Assembly: GCF_000315625.1 (NCBI RefSeq)
Contig: NW_005434644.1
Location: 445,891-509,269 of the forward strand
Source: Guillardia theta CCMP2712
Taxonomy: Eukaryota; Protista; Cryptophyta
Length of the DNA: 63,379 nt
Direction of reading: 5' to 3'
In this document: positions 1 to 10,070 of the stretch, piece after piece
How the letters are laid out: the number at the start of each line of letters is the position of its first letter
Position numbering within the stretch: the first letter of the stretch is position 1
Notes under the pieces: generated by a model
Seen by the model: only the letters and a program-made list of their open reading frames with translations
Database searches by the model: none
Told to the model about the DNA's origin: nothing
Program-made: the position numbers and the translations under genes

Positions 1-9
1 TATGGATCA

Positions 10-104
10 TTGAAGACCCACACGCCAATATTTCCTTGTGTCTGACTCGTACTTCATCCTTTCTATGAAGAACAGGTTGAAGTATAACCAGACCCATGTG
101 TGAT
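10..104 (-). ncRNA. Putative Fanzor omegaRNA scaffold (may start inside the ORF 3' end; guide would lie in or beyond positions 1-10)
   Basis: Lies immediately downstream of the Fanzor stop. Nested complementary segments: 19-23/98-102 (cacac/gtgtg), 40-44/89-93 (gtctg/cagac), 52-57/65-70 (cttcat/atgaag), 75-78/86-89 (ggtt/aacc). Boundaries are inferred. Confidence 0.6.
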
Positions 105-2033
105 TCAAGGCCGTTTCAGAAAATCTGGTCGTGCTGGTAGAGACATGTAGCACAATAGAATATTCATAGCAGCATTGACATCACGAGACTTGATACGGTT
201 TTGAACACAATTGGTGGATCTGCACCATTTCAAACCCCGCACCACTGACACTTCGTCAGCAAGTATACCATTCTTGTTGATTTGTTTGCGTCTCAAATCA
301 TACAATTCTTGATGACATTGATTGCAACATTTTGTCGTTCTGTATTCATCAACTGCCGTCACCTCGAAGAAGTTCTGACATCGCCTTTTGATCCATTTTA
401 CAGGCACTGACTTCTCTCCACGCCCAGTACAACCGAATGATGCATCACCGTATGCAATTATTGGATTTTGATCTGTCCCATTACCTTTCATCTTCTTGAA
501 GAACGTATCAATCGCCTTGTGTTTGTGGATGTAGTTATCCATCTTCAGGCGTGCGAACTTGTTTTGACAATTGTGTTCGAACAGGATCTCGCTTAGTCTC
601 ACCACGGTGTCGATGTATCTTTCAAAGTGATCCAACCGAGACGTTTTTGCTGACACTCTTGCAATATCGTTTGATTCCTCTGTTATGCCTTGTCTCCATT
701 TTTCTAACTTGGCGTTATTCCGAGTAATATGAGACTCATGATAGTACTGCCTTCGAGTATATCGATACTGCTTTGGTTTTTCTTGACCAGGTATTTGCTC
801 GACACCGCATATCAGTACATTGCGACCAGGATCGATTGCAATAACTCGTCTTGAGGACACATCACAATCTCTTGTTTTGCTTTTCTTTGTAGTAGTATTG
901 TCTGTCTCATTGTGTATTCTCTTCTTGAACGTCACACAGAGTGCGACTCCGTCAGTCTGTATGCTATCAACTGTCCCTTTCTTTCTCAAATTTGATTGTA
1001 GCTTCAACACCGACAAGAATCGCTTATGTTTTTGTTGTGTGAACTTTTTCATGCATTTGCTTTTCCCACCCTTTGAATATTGCAACAGACCAGATTGATC
1101 CATAATGTAGAATAAACCCCAAATGTCTACGCGAATAAATTGTTTGCGTATCTGAAAAATCGGAGCGATCGTGTATCGATCAGATATATCATGAATCTCC
1201 AAAAACCTCAGAACCGAAAAATGGTACTTGACAAGATTTGGCATGTGTAATTGCATCCATTTTTGCTGTTCAGGGTTTTTCTTGATTTTGTCACGGGCCC
1301 ATGACAAGTTATAATGATTGTCCCATCCAATGATCTCTTTTTGTTCCCTTATGAAATCAATGACATCCTGTCTTTCGAGAACACGAGTTTTTGGTGGAAA
1401 GCTCCATCCGTTTACTGCATTCCGTATATCCTGTATCTCCTTTTCTGAAGAAATCCCATTGAGCTTTCCCCATTCCTTTATGTATCTAGTCTGTTTTTGT
1501 CCCATCGTATAGAATATGTAATTTTGGAAATTTGTTGCATATTGATCAGCAGAATAGTACAGTACTCGAATATCCCCTTCTTTCCTGCGTTGTATTGGTA
1601 GATACTTGTTCCCTTTTTCTTGCCAAAACTCGTCTAAAATATCAAACTGAATTGCATTACCTCTGCGTTTTTCACCCATCAGAAAACAGGTCCGAAAGAA
1701 AACTTTCTCTCCACCATTGGTCTTGACCGTTTCTTCTTGCATCCCTTCTTCTTTTTCTTTGTCTGTTACTTTTCTAGTACGATTGTATATCTGATCAAAC
1801 AGCCTTGTAATGTACGTATCATCACCTTGCATTGAATCCTTCTCAAAACACCATAACAATAGATGATTGAAGATGATGCTACCTCGATGGCTTATTTTGC
1901 TTATGTGTTTCACCCAATCATCAATCACACCGATCATTGTGTGTTGTTTGAGATGTTTTTTCAAACACATCTTGACAGTCGTCTGTGAATCAGAACAAGA
2001 CTTTCTTTGTTTTCCTCTTTTCCTTTTCCCCAT
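105..2033 (-). CDS. Fanzor (Fanzor1-like) RNA-guided endonuclease, TnpB/Cas12 family, 642 aa, intronless
   Basis: The C-terminal RuvC and zinc-finger motifs are in order: RuvC-I IAIDPG, YGDASF at the canonical RuvC-II position, shifted catalytic Glu in VDEYRTTKCCNQC, WCRSTNC, RuvC-III RDVNAAMNI. The N-terminus is basic and NLS-like (MGKRKRGKQRK). The ORF is AT-richer than neighbouring genes. Confidence 0.92.
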   Translation of the reverse strand: MGKRKRGKQRKSCSDSQTTVKMCLKKHLKQHTMIGVIDDWVKHISKISHRGSIIFNHLLLWCFEKDSMQGDDTYITRLFDQIYNRTRKVTDKEKEEGMQEETVKTNGGEKVFFRTCFLMGEKRRGNAIQFDILDEFWQEKGNKYLPIQRRKEGDIRVLYYSADQYATNFQNYIFYTMGQKQTRYIKEWGKLNGISSEKEIQDIRNAVNGWSFPPKTRVLERQDVIDFIREQKEIIGWDNHYNLSWARDKIKKNPEQQKWMQLHMPNLVKYHFSVLRFLEIHDISDRYTIAPIFQIRKQFIRVDIWGLFYIMDQSGLLQYSKGGKSKCMKKFTQQKHKRFLSVLKLQSNLRKKGTVDSIQTDGVALCVTFKKRIHNETDNTTTKKSKTRDCDVSSRRVIAIDPGRNVLICGVEQIPGQEKPKQYRYTRRQYYHESHITRNNAKLEKWRQGITEESNDIARVSAKTSRLDHFERYIDTVVRLSEILFEHNCQNKFARLKMDNYIHKHKAIDTFFKKMKGNGTDQNPIIAYGDASFGCTGRGEKSVPVKWIKRRCQNFFEVTAVDEYRTTKCCNQCHQELYDLRRKQINKNGILADEVSVVRGLKWCRSTNCVQNRIKSRDVNAAMNILLCYMSLPARPDFLKRP

Positions 2034-2173
2034 ATTTGATCAGGGTGAACGCGGGAGCTTCGGAAGGCGGGAATGAGGGAGGGAGGGAGGAGGGCGGGAA
2101 GAAGGGAGTGATGAAGGCGGGAGGGAGGATGGGAGGGAGGGAGAGAAGCGGAGGGCGGGAAATCTTTACAGAG

Positions 2174-2556
2174 GCCACAAACCTGGTACCCACCCCTACT
2201 CAAGTTCGACAGATAAACAAACGGGTAGTTAGACTTCGGATGAAGGCGGGAACTTCGGAAGGCGGGAAATATTCGAAGTTTGTTGAGCCACAAACCTGGT
2301 ACCCACCCCNNNNNNNNNNNNNNNNNNNNNNNNNNNNNNNNNNNNNNNNNNNNNNNNNNNNNNNNNNNNNNNNNNNNNNNNNNNNNNNNNNNNNNNNNNN
2401 NNNNNNNNNGGTACCCACCCCTACTCAAGTTCGACAGATAACAAACGGGTAGTTAGACTTCGGATGAAGGCGGGAAGGCGGGAAGGCCACAAACCTGGTA
2501 CCCACCCCTACTTCTACTTTGATAGATAAACAGACGGGTGTTTAGACTTCGGAAGA
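2174..2556. repeat. ~113-bp tandem repeat array upstream of Fanzor, interrupted by a scaffold gap (2310-2409)
   Basis: The unit begins gccacaaacctggtacccacccctac at 2174, 2287 and 2486, and resumes after the gap at 2410. The sub-motif gcgggaRcttcggaaggcgggaa also occurs at ~2051. Confidence 0.9.
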
Positions 2557-4185
2557 ATTGATTTGTACAGGTGGATTTGCAGGGATGTTCTTTTATTTTT
2601 AATCACAACATTCTATATTCTCGTTGCTCCTTTGTTGTTTTACCGTTCGGGGTTTGCACCACACCGCGATTTCGACGTTTTTTTTGAGATTCTAATTTTT
2701 GGGTCACCATTGGTCATAGGTCACCCTCCCGATATAGCAATTTGTTTTAAAAGGACAAGTTTTTAAAATTAGTACACTGTTCGCATGCGGCACATACACT
2801 ATATATATATAGCTCCTTTTAATTTTTTTTTGCAATACATTATGTGGATTTATTTTTATAATGTATATAGTTTTGAACCAAATATTTCAGTTAATTCAGA
2901 AACCCATATCGGTTTACATTATGACTGAGGGCATCATCTCATCACCCTCGTTTCTACTCCATCAAAAAAAACACGCGCATATAGGAGGGTAGGGGGTAGG
3001 ATTGAGGGGTAGGGGTACTTGTACTACCCACCGAGAATTTTGCAATGCGGGGTGGTTGCTTGAACATAGGGGTAGTGTTTTACATGGTAGGCTTCGAGGC
3101 AGCGGGGTATGACGAGAACCTGGTTCTTGAACGAGAAGCGAAGGGGTAGACAGCGTAAGATTCTAAATGAGAGGGGATTGAAGTTTTTCTGGCGATTCGG
3201 GGTACTTTGGATAGGGTATGCAGTTTTTTATTGTCAGGGGGTAGGGTGGGTTATGGAGCCTGCAGGGGCTGCCGCGTGTGCGATGGGAATGGTGACGAGA
3301 CAGGAGGAGGACCAGAGGCATGGCAGCAAAAACAAGAGAAAGATGCCGAGAGATGTTGTTCTATGCGATGATAGTCTTGTCAAGAAGGGATGGTGCATGA
3401 GACGTGGAAAAGATCCTGACACTGGTTGGGGGTATTGCCTTCTAGGTAGGCGCACGTAATTACGTGAAATGAGTTCCATCAGGAGTGTATCTCGAGTACG
3501 ACGCCATTTGACAGGAAAAACATCCCATTGAATCTATGGCGATTAATATCAAGATCCTGTAGAGCTATGTTATTCCGTTTCCGATCGAAGGTTCTTAGAT
3601 GGGGCTTGCTTGAATTGCGAACGAAACTGCAGCATTCGAGATCGAGCGCCTGAAGGTTCCGTGAGGCATAGAGACGATGAGGATCCTGACAGCATGGATG
3701 TCTACGCTGAAGTTACGGCATCGATTCTCAGGGTTGCACTAGGAGCATGCCATCTTGAAACAGTCCAGACTTGATTCTGACTGGAAAGAGTAGCAAGGTT
3801 CTGCAGAAGGGATCTGTGGGTTACAGGAAGAGGGTAGAGAGATCCTTAGTTCTGATGCAGTCCATCCCGATTATCCTGCTCGTTCGGTTGGTCCATTCGC
3901 TCACTGCAATACACGTAGCTTGATGTAATGGTCTAATTTCCAAAAATTCGATGTGTGCCATGCAGAATTTTCGGCAAAGCTTCGGATTCATGCACGTTGA
4001 TGCAAACCAGCATGAGTGAAGGCAGAGCTTGGCTGATGTATTTAGCTTGTTTAGTTTCTACGATCAAGGGGTTAGTTCTCACGACCAAGGACTAAGTCGA
4101 TCATTTACGAAGACTAGTAACGCAGAAAGGAACATTGGACTCCTGTTCAATTAATTGAACAATATCTGACATGATGCGCTGCAGG

Positions 4186-5904
4186 ATGTCTGATGCTGAT
4201 GATCAAGCTGCGCGCGATGCCGCCATTGAGCAATGTGAAGTGTTAACTTGAGCCTTCTGTTCGGTTCTCATCCTTTGTCACAGGGAAGATCAAGAAGCTG
4301 ATTAAGAATCTCGATGCTGCCCGCGGGTATGGAGCTCGCTCCTGATTTGATATCTCTTTGTCGTTCTGCTGTTCTTTGTTGCAATCGACTGGGAACCTGA
4401 CAGTCTTCGGGCAGAAACGGAACTTCTATGATCTCCTTGATCGTTCCTCCCAAGGATCAGATTGCTCGTGTCAGCAAAATGCTTGGCGATGAGTACGGCA
4501 CAGCATCCAACATCAAGTCCCGAGTCAACAGATTGTCCGTTCTCTCTGCAATCACCTCCACCCAACAGCGCCTGAAATTGTACAACCGAGTTCCGAACAA
4601 CGGGCTCGTGCTGTACTGCGGCACTGTGCTCACGGAGGATGGTAAAGAGAAGCAGGTCACCATCGACTTCGAGCCTTTCAAGCCGATCAACACTTCTCTT
4701 TATCTCTGCGACAACAAGTTCCACGTCGAGGTGAAAGGCTGTTTCGATGATGACACGTGTTGTGATGCCGGCCCAGGCGCTTCAAGAGCTGCTCGAGTGT
4801 GACGACAAGTTCGGCTTCATTGTGATGGATGGTAATGGAACATTGTTCGGCACTCTGAGCGGAAACACGCGCGAAGTTCTGCACAAGATGTCCGTTGAGC
4901 TTCCCAAGAAGCACGGGCGTGGTGGTCAGTCTGCCCTTCGTTTTGCTCGTCTCCGTCTTGAGAAACGTCACAACTACGTCACTAAGGTTGCGGAGATGGC
5001 CACTCAGCTTTTCATCACCAACGACAAGTGTAATGTGTCTGGGTTGGTGGTTGCTGGTTCAGCAGAGTTCAAGACTGTGCTTGTAGAGGCGGAGAGGTTC
5101 GATCAACGTCTTGCAGCGAAGGTTTTGATGGTTGTTGACGTCTCGTACGGTGGAGAGAATGGATTCAACCAGGCAATCGAGTTGTCTGCGGAGGTGTTGT
5201 CCAACGTCAAGTTCCTCCAAGAGAAGAAGGTCATCAAGAAGTATTTCGATGAAATCGCTCAGGACACCGGGAAGATTTGCTTTGGAGTCGACGACACACT
5301 GAAGTGTCTCGAGGCCGGCGCGATCGAAACTTTGATTGTTTGGGAATCTTTGGAACACATCCGATTCGTTCTGAGAAGTCCTGTGAGCGGAGAAGAGGAG
5401 ACCCTTGTCTTGACTCCGATCAAGGCCAAGGACCACAAGTACTTCAAGGATGAGGCAAATAGTTGCGATAAGGAAATATTGGACAAGACAGAGGTGATTT
5501 GGAGGAGCATCGAGGGAGGATGGATTAGAGGTAGCCGAGTGATGCGAGAAAAACGCGAAGGAGCAATTGGGGGCTTGCCGGTTTGATTACTTTCTGATCG
5601 TTTTTTTTCGCCAGTTGGTGGAATGGCTGTCTACGAATTATAACAAGTTCGGTTGCAAGCTGGAGATTGTGTCGAACAAGTCCCAAGAAGGATCTCAGTT
5701 CTCCAAGGGGTTTGGAGGTATTGGAGGATTCTTGCGCTATCGCTGTGACTTCTTGGAGCACGACGTATTCGGTGAGTTAGGAGAGAGATGACTTGGAAGA
5801 GAGATTGATGTTGTATTGCAGAGGGCATGGAGGACAAGTCCCCCGTTCCTTCCGACGACGACGACTACGGCGATGACGACATTGATATCGATGACTTTAT
5901 GTAA
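4186..5904 (+). CDS. eRF1: Eukaryotic peptide chain release factor 1 (multi-exon)
   Basis: Spliced N-terminus [39 protein letters not shown]. Contains TASNIKS, YLCDNKF and HGRGGQS motifs and [11 protein letters not shown], and ends DDFM* at 5902-5904. First intron is 4235-4283. Confidence 0.97.
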
Positions 5905-6119
5905 GCTGCAGGAGCCGACTAACTCTCCAGCTCTTCATTGTTAAACGATCAAGTAGTACTCACGGTTGCGATGGTTACTGCAACGTGACCAGTGGTATGG
6001 TGTATAAATATCCGGCGAAGAAGTTGTATGGGTAAAGAAGTGAAACCTCCTTACGGCTCTGCAGAGATAGCTCTTGTGACCTGTGTTGCTGTGCCTTTTG
6101 TGTATTGGAACCAAACAGA

Positions 6120-7080
6120 TTACTTGAAATTCATGATACGAGCAAACTTCTCGCCCACAAGAGAAGCTCCGCCAACGAGAGCTCCGTCGATATCTGCACA
6201 AAACCGTCAGCCACGTACCCACTCCCTGAACCCTAACTCACCGGGGCATGCCATGAGCTGGTCGACATTGTCGGGGGTCACACTTCCACCATAAAGGATA
6301 CGAACAGATTCAGCGGTCGCCTTGTCATAGTTCTGCTCAAGCCATTGACGGACGTAGTTGTGCACGTCCTGAGCGATCTCAGGGCTTGCAGTGTAGCCTG
6401 TTCCGATGGCCCACACAGGCTCATAGGCCAGCACAACATTGGCAAGCTGCTCCTTGGTAACTCCGGCCAGACCCTCGGCAAGCTGCTTGGCGCAAACTTC
6501 TTTGTTCTTCTTGGCCTCGAACTCTGCCTTGGTCTCTCCGATGCACAGGCAGGCGACGAGACCAGAGTCGATGGTCATCTTCACCTTCTTGTTGATCATG
6601 GCGTTGGACTCTGAGGCGATGTTGCCGTGTCGCCTCTCGCTGTGTCCGATCAAGACGTACTTGCAACCGATGGACTCAACCTGCTTGATCGAAACGCCGC
6701 CAGTGAAGGCTCCCCTGCCATCGGCTGAGCACACCAGCGACCACGGAAGTGAGATGCCTTACTTCTCCTCGGTGAAGATGTCCTGGGCGCCGATCTTAAC
6801 CTCGCTATCCTTGCAGATTTGTGCGCAGGTGGCGAGGAACGGATGGGGGCAGCAGATGCAGATGTCGACGCCCTTCTTCACAGACTTGGCGCTCTCCACC
6901 ACCTATCAACTCCATGAGAACCACAGGGATGGGGAGCATCCGTACGCTCTCACAGAGGACGCAAGGGCCTTGGCTTCATCCATGGTTTCCGGGTTCATCT
7001 TCCAGTTCCCGGCAATCAGGAACCTGCGATCTCCTCCTCCACGGAGCTGCATGACAGGAGAAGAGTAGAACCCTGAGGTT
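6120..7080 (-). CDS. TPI: Triosephosphate isomerase with N-terminal extension (true start further upstream, unresolved)
   Basis: Motifs IAGNWKMN, GAFTGGVS, IGHSERRH, AYEPVWAIGTG and LYGGSV are present. The last exon reads DIDGALVGGASL...MNFK* with the stop at 6120-6122. Confidence 0.95.
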
Positions 7081-9567
7081 GACAACGAAATCACTCCTCA
7101 AGGGATATCGCCAAAAACAAACATGGAGCGCAGCAGACTAACGAAAAAATCCTATCCCTGCACCGCTTACACCCATTCCTTCTTGTACCATATTCGAAAG
7201 AAGGCTGGGTTGCAGTAAACTTAATCCAGCTCCTTGCGTGTAGAAGATGTTTCCGTTGATCCTAATGTTGCCCTCCTCACTCACTCACTCGCTTCTCCGA
7301 TACTTCCTTTCCCACCCTTCGCCCGAGGGCTCGATCGATCCCACATGCTCTGTAACTTTCAGTACCTACTCTTCTTCATCTAGGTCACTCTGAGAGTTCA
7401 TGATCCTGGTGTACAAAGTTTCTTATCAACATTGACAATCACCTGCTGCTTCAGCACCAGCCGCCGCCATCACCATCGCTACCGCCGCCTTCATCGCCAT
7501 GTTGGCAATACACCTCTTACCCTACTACCCCCTTAATTAGAACGCACCCCACCTAGGAACCCAGAGCTACCCACCCAGTTCCACATGCCCATTCCCTTTC
7601 TTCAGGGGATGTAAGTACCCGTCTAAATTCAACGATGTTGAAGGCAAATGACTGGGTGTATTAGAAAAACGGACCACCCATCACTTCGTGGACCCGTGCT
7701 TCGGACTGATTGGACCCTACCCCATGTATCATATACCCCTCCATCAGGGCACCCACCCCATCCATGGTGTGAAACCCACTGCACCTCTTGGGTCGCTTCA
7801 GCGCTTATGACCCCTTTAAAAATATTTCTTTATAAGTGTTCATTTTTATTGTACCAGATTGTTTGTTATAATATAGTTTTGTACAGACAATACTATGTAC
7901 CATGATACAAAAGTTTGTTTCTACCCCTAATCACATCAATACAACAGTGATATAATGTATCGTATTCCAATACTACACGCTACAAAACAAATAATTATAT
8001 ATCTTATATTGGTAGTTTTCATACCGAATGTTTTAGATTTGTACAACAATAAGTATGTATCAAGCATATATACATTCCTATTTTTAATAATCCAGTAGCA
8101 GCAGCATCATGGATTATATTATATACTGATTTTTAACTTAACTTTGAGTAAAGAGATTATAACTGAGTTCTCTGCGCGGCCGACGGTCGGCTCGGACGGT
8201 CGCCGGGGTACCGTGACGGGCCGGGCCGCCGTGCCGCTCAGCCGTCGTCCGACGGCCGCTCACTGAGTCAGCGGCTTGGGCCGCGGCGGCCTCACTGACC
8301 GGCGCGGTGCCGGCCGCAGTCCGGGCCGCCGCACTGCGGCGCTCCGGCGAGACGGTTTGTCAGCCGGCCGCCCGGCCGCAGGACGTGGGCCAGGCAGGCC
8401 GGCACTGGCCTCCGGGGCCGCTTAGCTTGACTCGTGACTCGTGAGGGGCCGCCGGCGGCCCGGCCCGCGTTGTTGGCACCGTCAGTCGCCGGCCCGGGCG
8501 CCGCTCTCTGCGGCAGTGCCGGGTGAGAGTCCGATCAGCTCCGAACTGAAGGCTCCTCCCGGCGGCTCGCGACATAAACCCCACCCCACCCCCACTCTAT
8601 CCACCCCTGTTGCTCATCATACTACCCACCACATGGACTAGAGAAGTACCCCTGGCTGATCAATTGCAGTTTAAAATCCCGGTGGGGTGTGGGTAGGTTC
8701 CGTTGCGAACCCTGCAAACTTAACGATACCACCCCTCAATTCCCAATACACACCCCTTCATGCTAGGGACCCGATCCCATCATTCAATCACCCCTACCCA
8801 CCCCCTCAGACATTTCGGTTTCGCCTCCTCAGCTCGAGGGGTTATCTTGATGACTCCCCAGGCCAAAGAGATTCCTTTTTAAAACACACCACCCCCCCAT
8901 CTCCCTCCACCCCACCCTTCTAGGGCAACCCCCCAATTCAACACCATAACCACCCATACATCACCCCTCCAAATCCCATTTACTACCCAGTTTTTGGACG
9001 TTATCCAACCCCTACCCTGACTGATTGGAGTCTACCCCTACCCTTCCGATGTCTTCTGGTTAACTTTTAAAAATACCCTCACCGGTGGAAGTAAACACCA
9101 CCATAAGGGGTACTTTCAAGTTCCCACCTACCCTTTGACCTAAAAGTACCCCTGTTTCCCCCTCATCAATTACCCCAATTCCGATCAGGACCCCCCCGTG
9201 GAAAGTTACCCTCCTCTTCGACCTCTACCCCACCCCTCCTCGCTCCTCTCGTAGTTGAGAGCGCAATTTGCACCTTCTCATCTCCTCCTTGCTACTCTCC
9301 CCCTTCGCTACCCAGCAAGAAGGACAGCACACACGAGTCTTCCTTCTTCCCTGTTGCTTCTTCTCCTTCCACCTCCACCTTCCTCCTCCTCGTCTCCCTT
9401 GGATATCTAAGTACATTCGTCTTCCTTCTTCCTGCCAACTGTGCAACACCGCCTGCCTACTCTCGTGGGCATCCGTTGCTGTGCAGCAGCTTCTCTTTAA
9501 CGTGAACTGGATCCTTCACTGTTCAAGAGGTTCATTTAGTTCTCTGGATCCTTCCCATCCTTCCGCC

Positions 9568-9780
9568 ATGTTCGCTGCCCTTGCCGACCTCGAGATCTGC
9601 ACCCGCGTTGCTCCATCAACTATCAAGGCGTCGATGATCGGCCCTCTGTGCTACGATGTCAAGGGATGCTGCGTGGAGGAAGAGCTGACATCGGCTGCTT
9701 CCCAGCTCGAGCCCGTTTCCTCCTCCAACACCATGGATGAGCGGGCGAAGCAAGGAGGGGCTAAGGTCGTTGAGGAGTAA
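9568..9780 (+). CDS. Small hypothetical protein, 70 aa (MFAALADLEICTRV...)
   Basis: Good start context (ccgccATG) and host-like codon usage. Its N-terminal 9-mer matches the 56-aa microproteins at 17.3 and 18.2 kb. Confidence 0.55.
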   Translation: MFAALADLEICTRVAPSTIKASMIGPLCYDVKGCCVEEELTSAASQLEPVSSSNTMDERAKQGGAKVVEE

Positions 9781-10070
9781 CGGGATTCCAGGATCCCGAT
9801 GCAAACCATTATGATTGTACGTCTATCGTGTGCCACCTGTACCTCTAGCTCCTTTATTCGATCCAGGACGGAGATGATGAGTTTCTCGCTGTGACCTTTA
9901 ACACCTTATATCCTAAATTCTACCCCCTCCCCCTTCCCCCCTCTCTTTTCCCTTCCTCCCTTCTGTCCTTCCTTCCACTACTGTTTGATGGTTTAATAAG
10001 ATCAGTGAGAAACTCGAAAAGAATTTGTTCTCCTGTATCAAAGGATGATAATGCGATCTCCCACACTCCT

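Larger units (their letters stand above)
10..2556 (-). mobile_element. Fanzor-carrying transposon-like element, boundaries approximate, no transposase in window
   Basis: Combines the Fanzor ORF, a structured 3' flank and an upstream tandem-repeat array. No terminal inverted repeat or target-site duplication was identified by eye. Confidence 0.5.

Noticed and set aside
2174-2556. CRISPR array next to a Cas12-like gene
   Set aside because: The units are long tandem repeats without unique equal-length spacers, and the context is eukaryotic.
1-2900. Terminal inverted repeats or target-site duplication for the Fanzor element
   Set aside because: No convincing reverse-complement match between the 3' flank and 2540-2900 was found by eye, so the left boundary is left undefined.
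4186-5904. Variant-code eRF1
   Set aside because: TASNIKS, YxCxxxF, GTS and GGQ are canonical, and genes in the window end in TAA, TAG and TGA.
8580-9235. Interstitial telomeric repeats
   Set aside because: The TACCC words are dispersed and variable rather than a tandem telomere unit.
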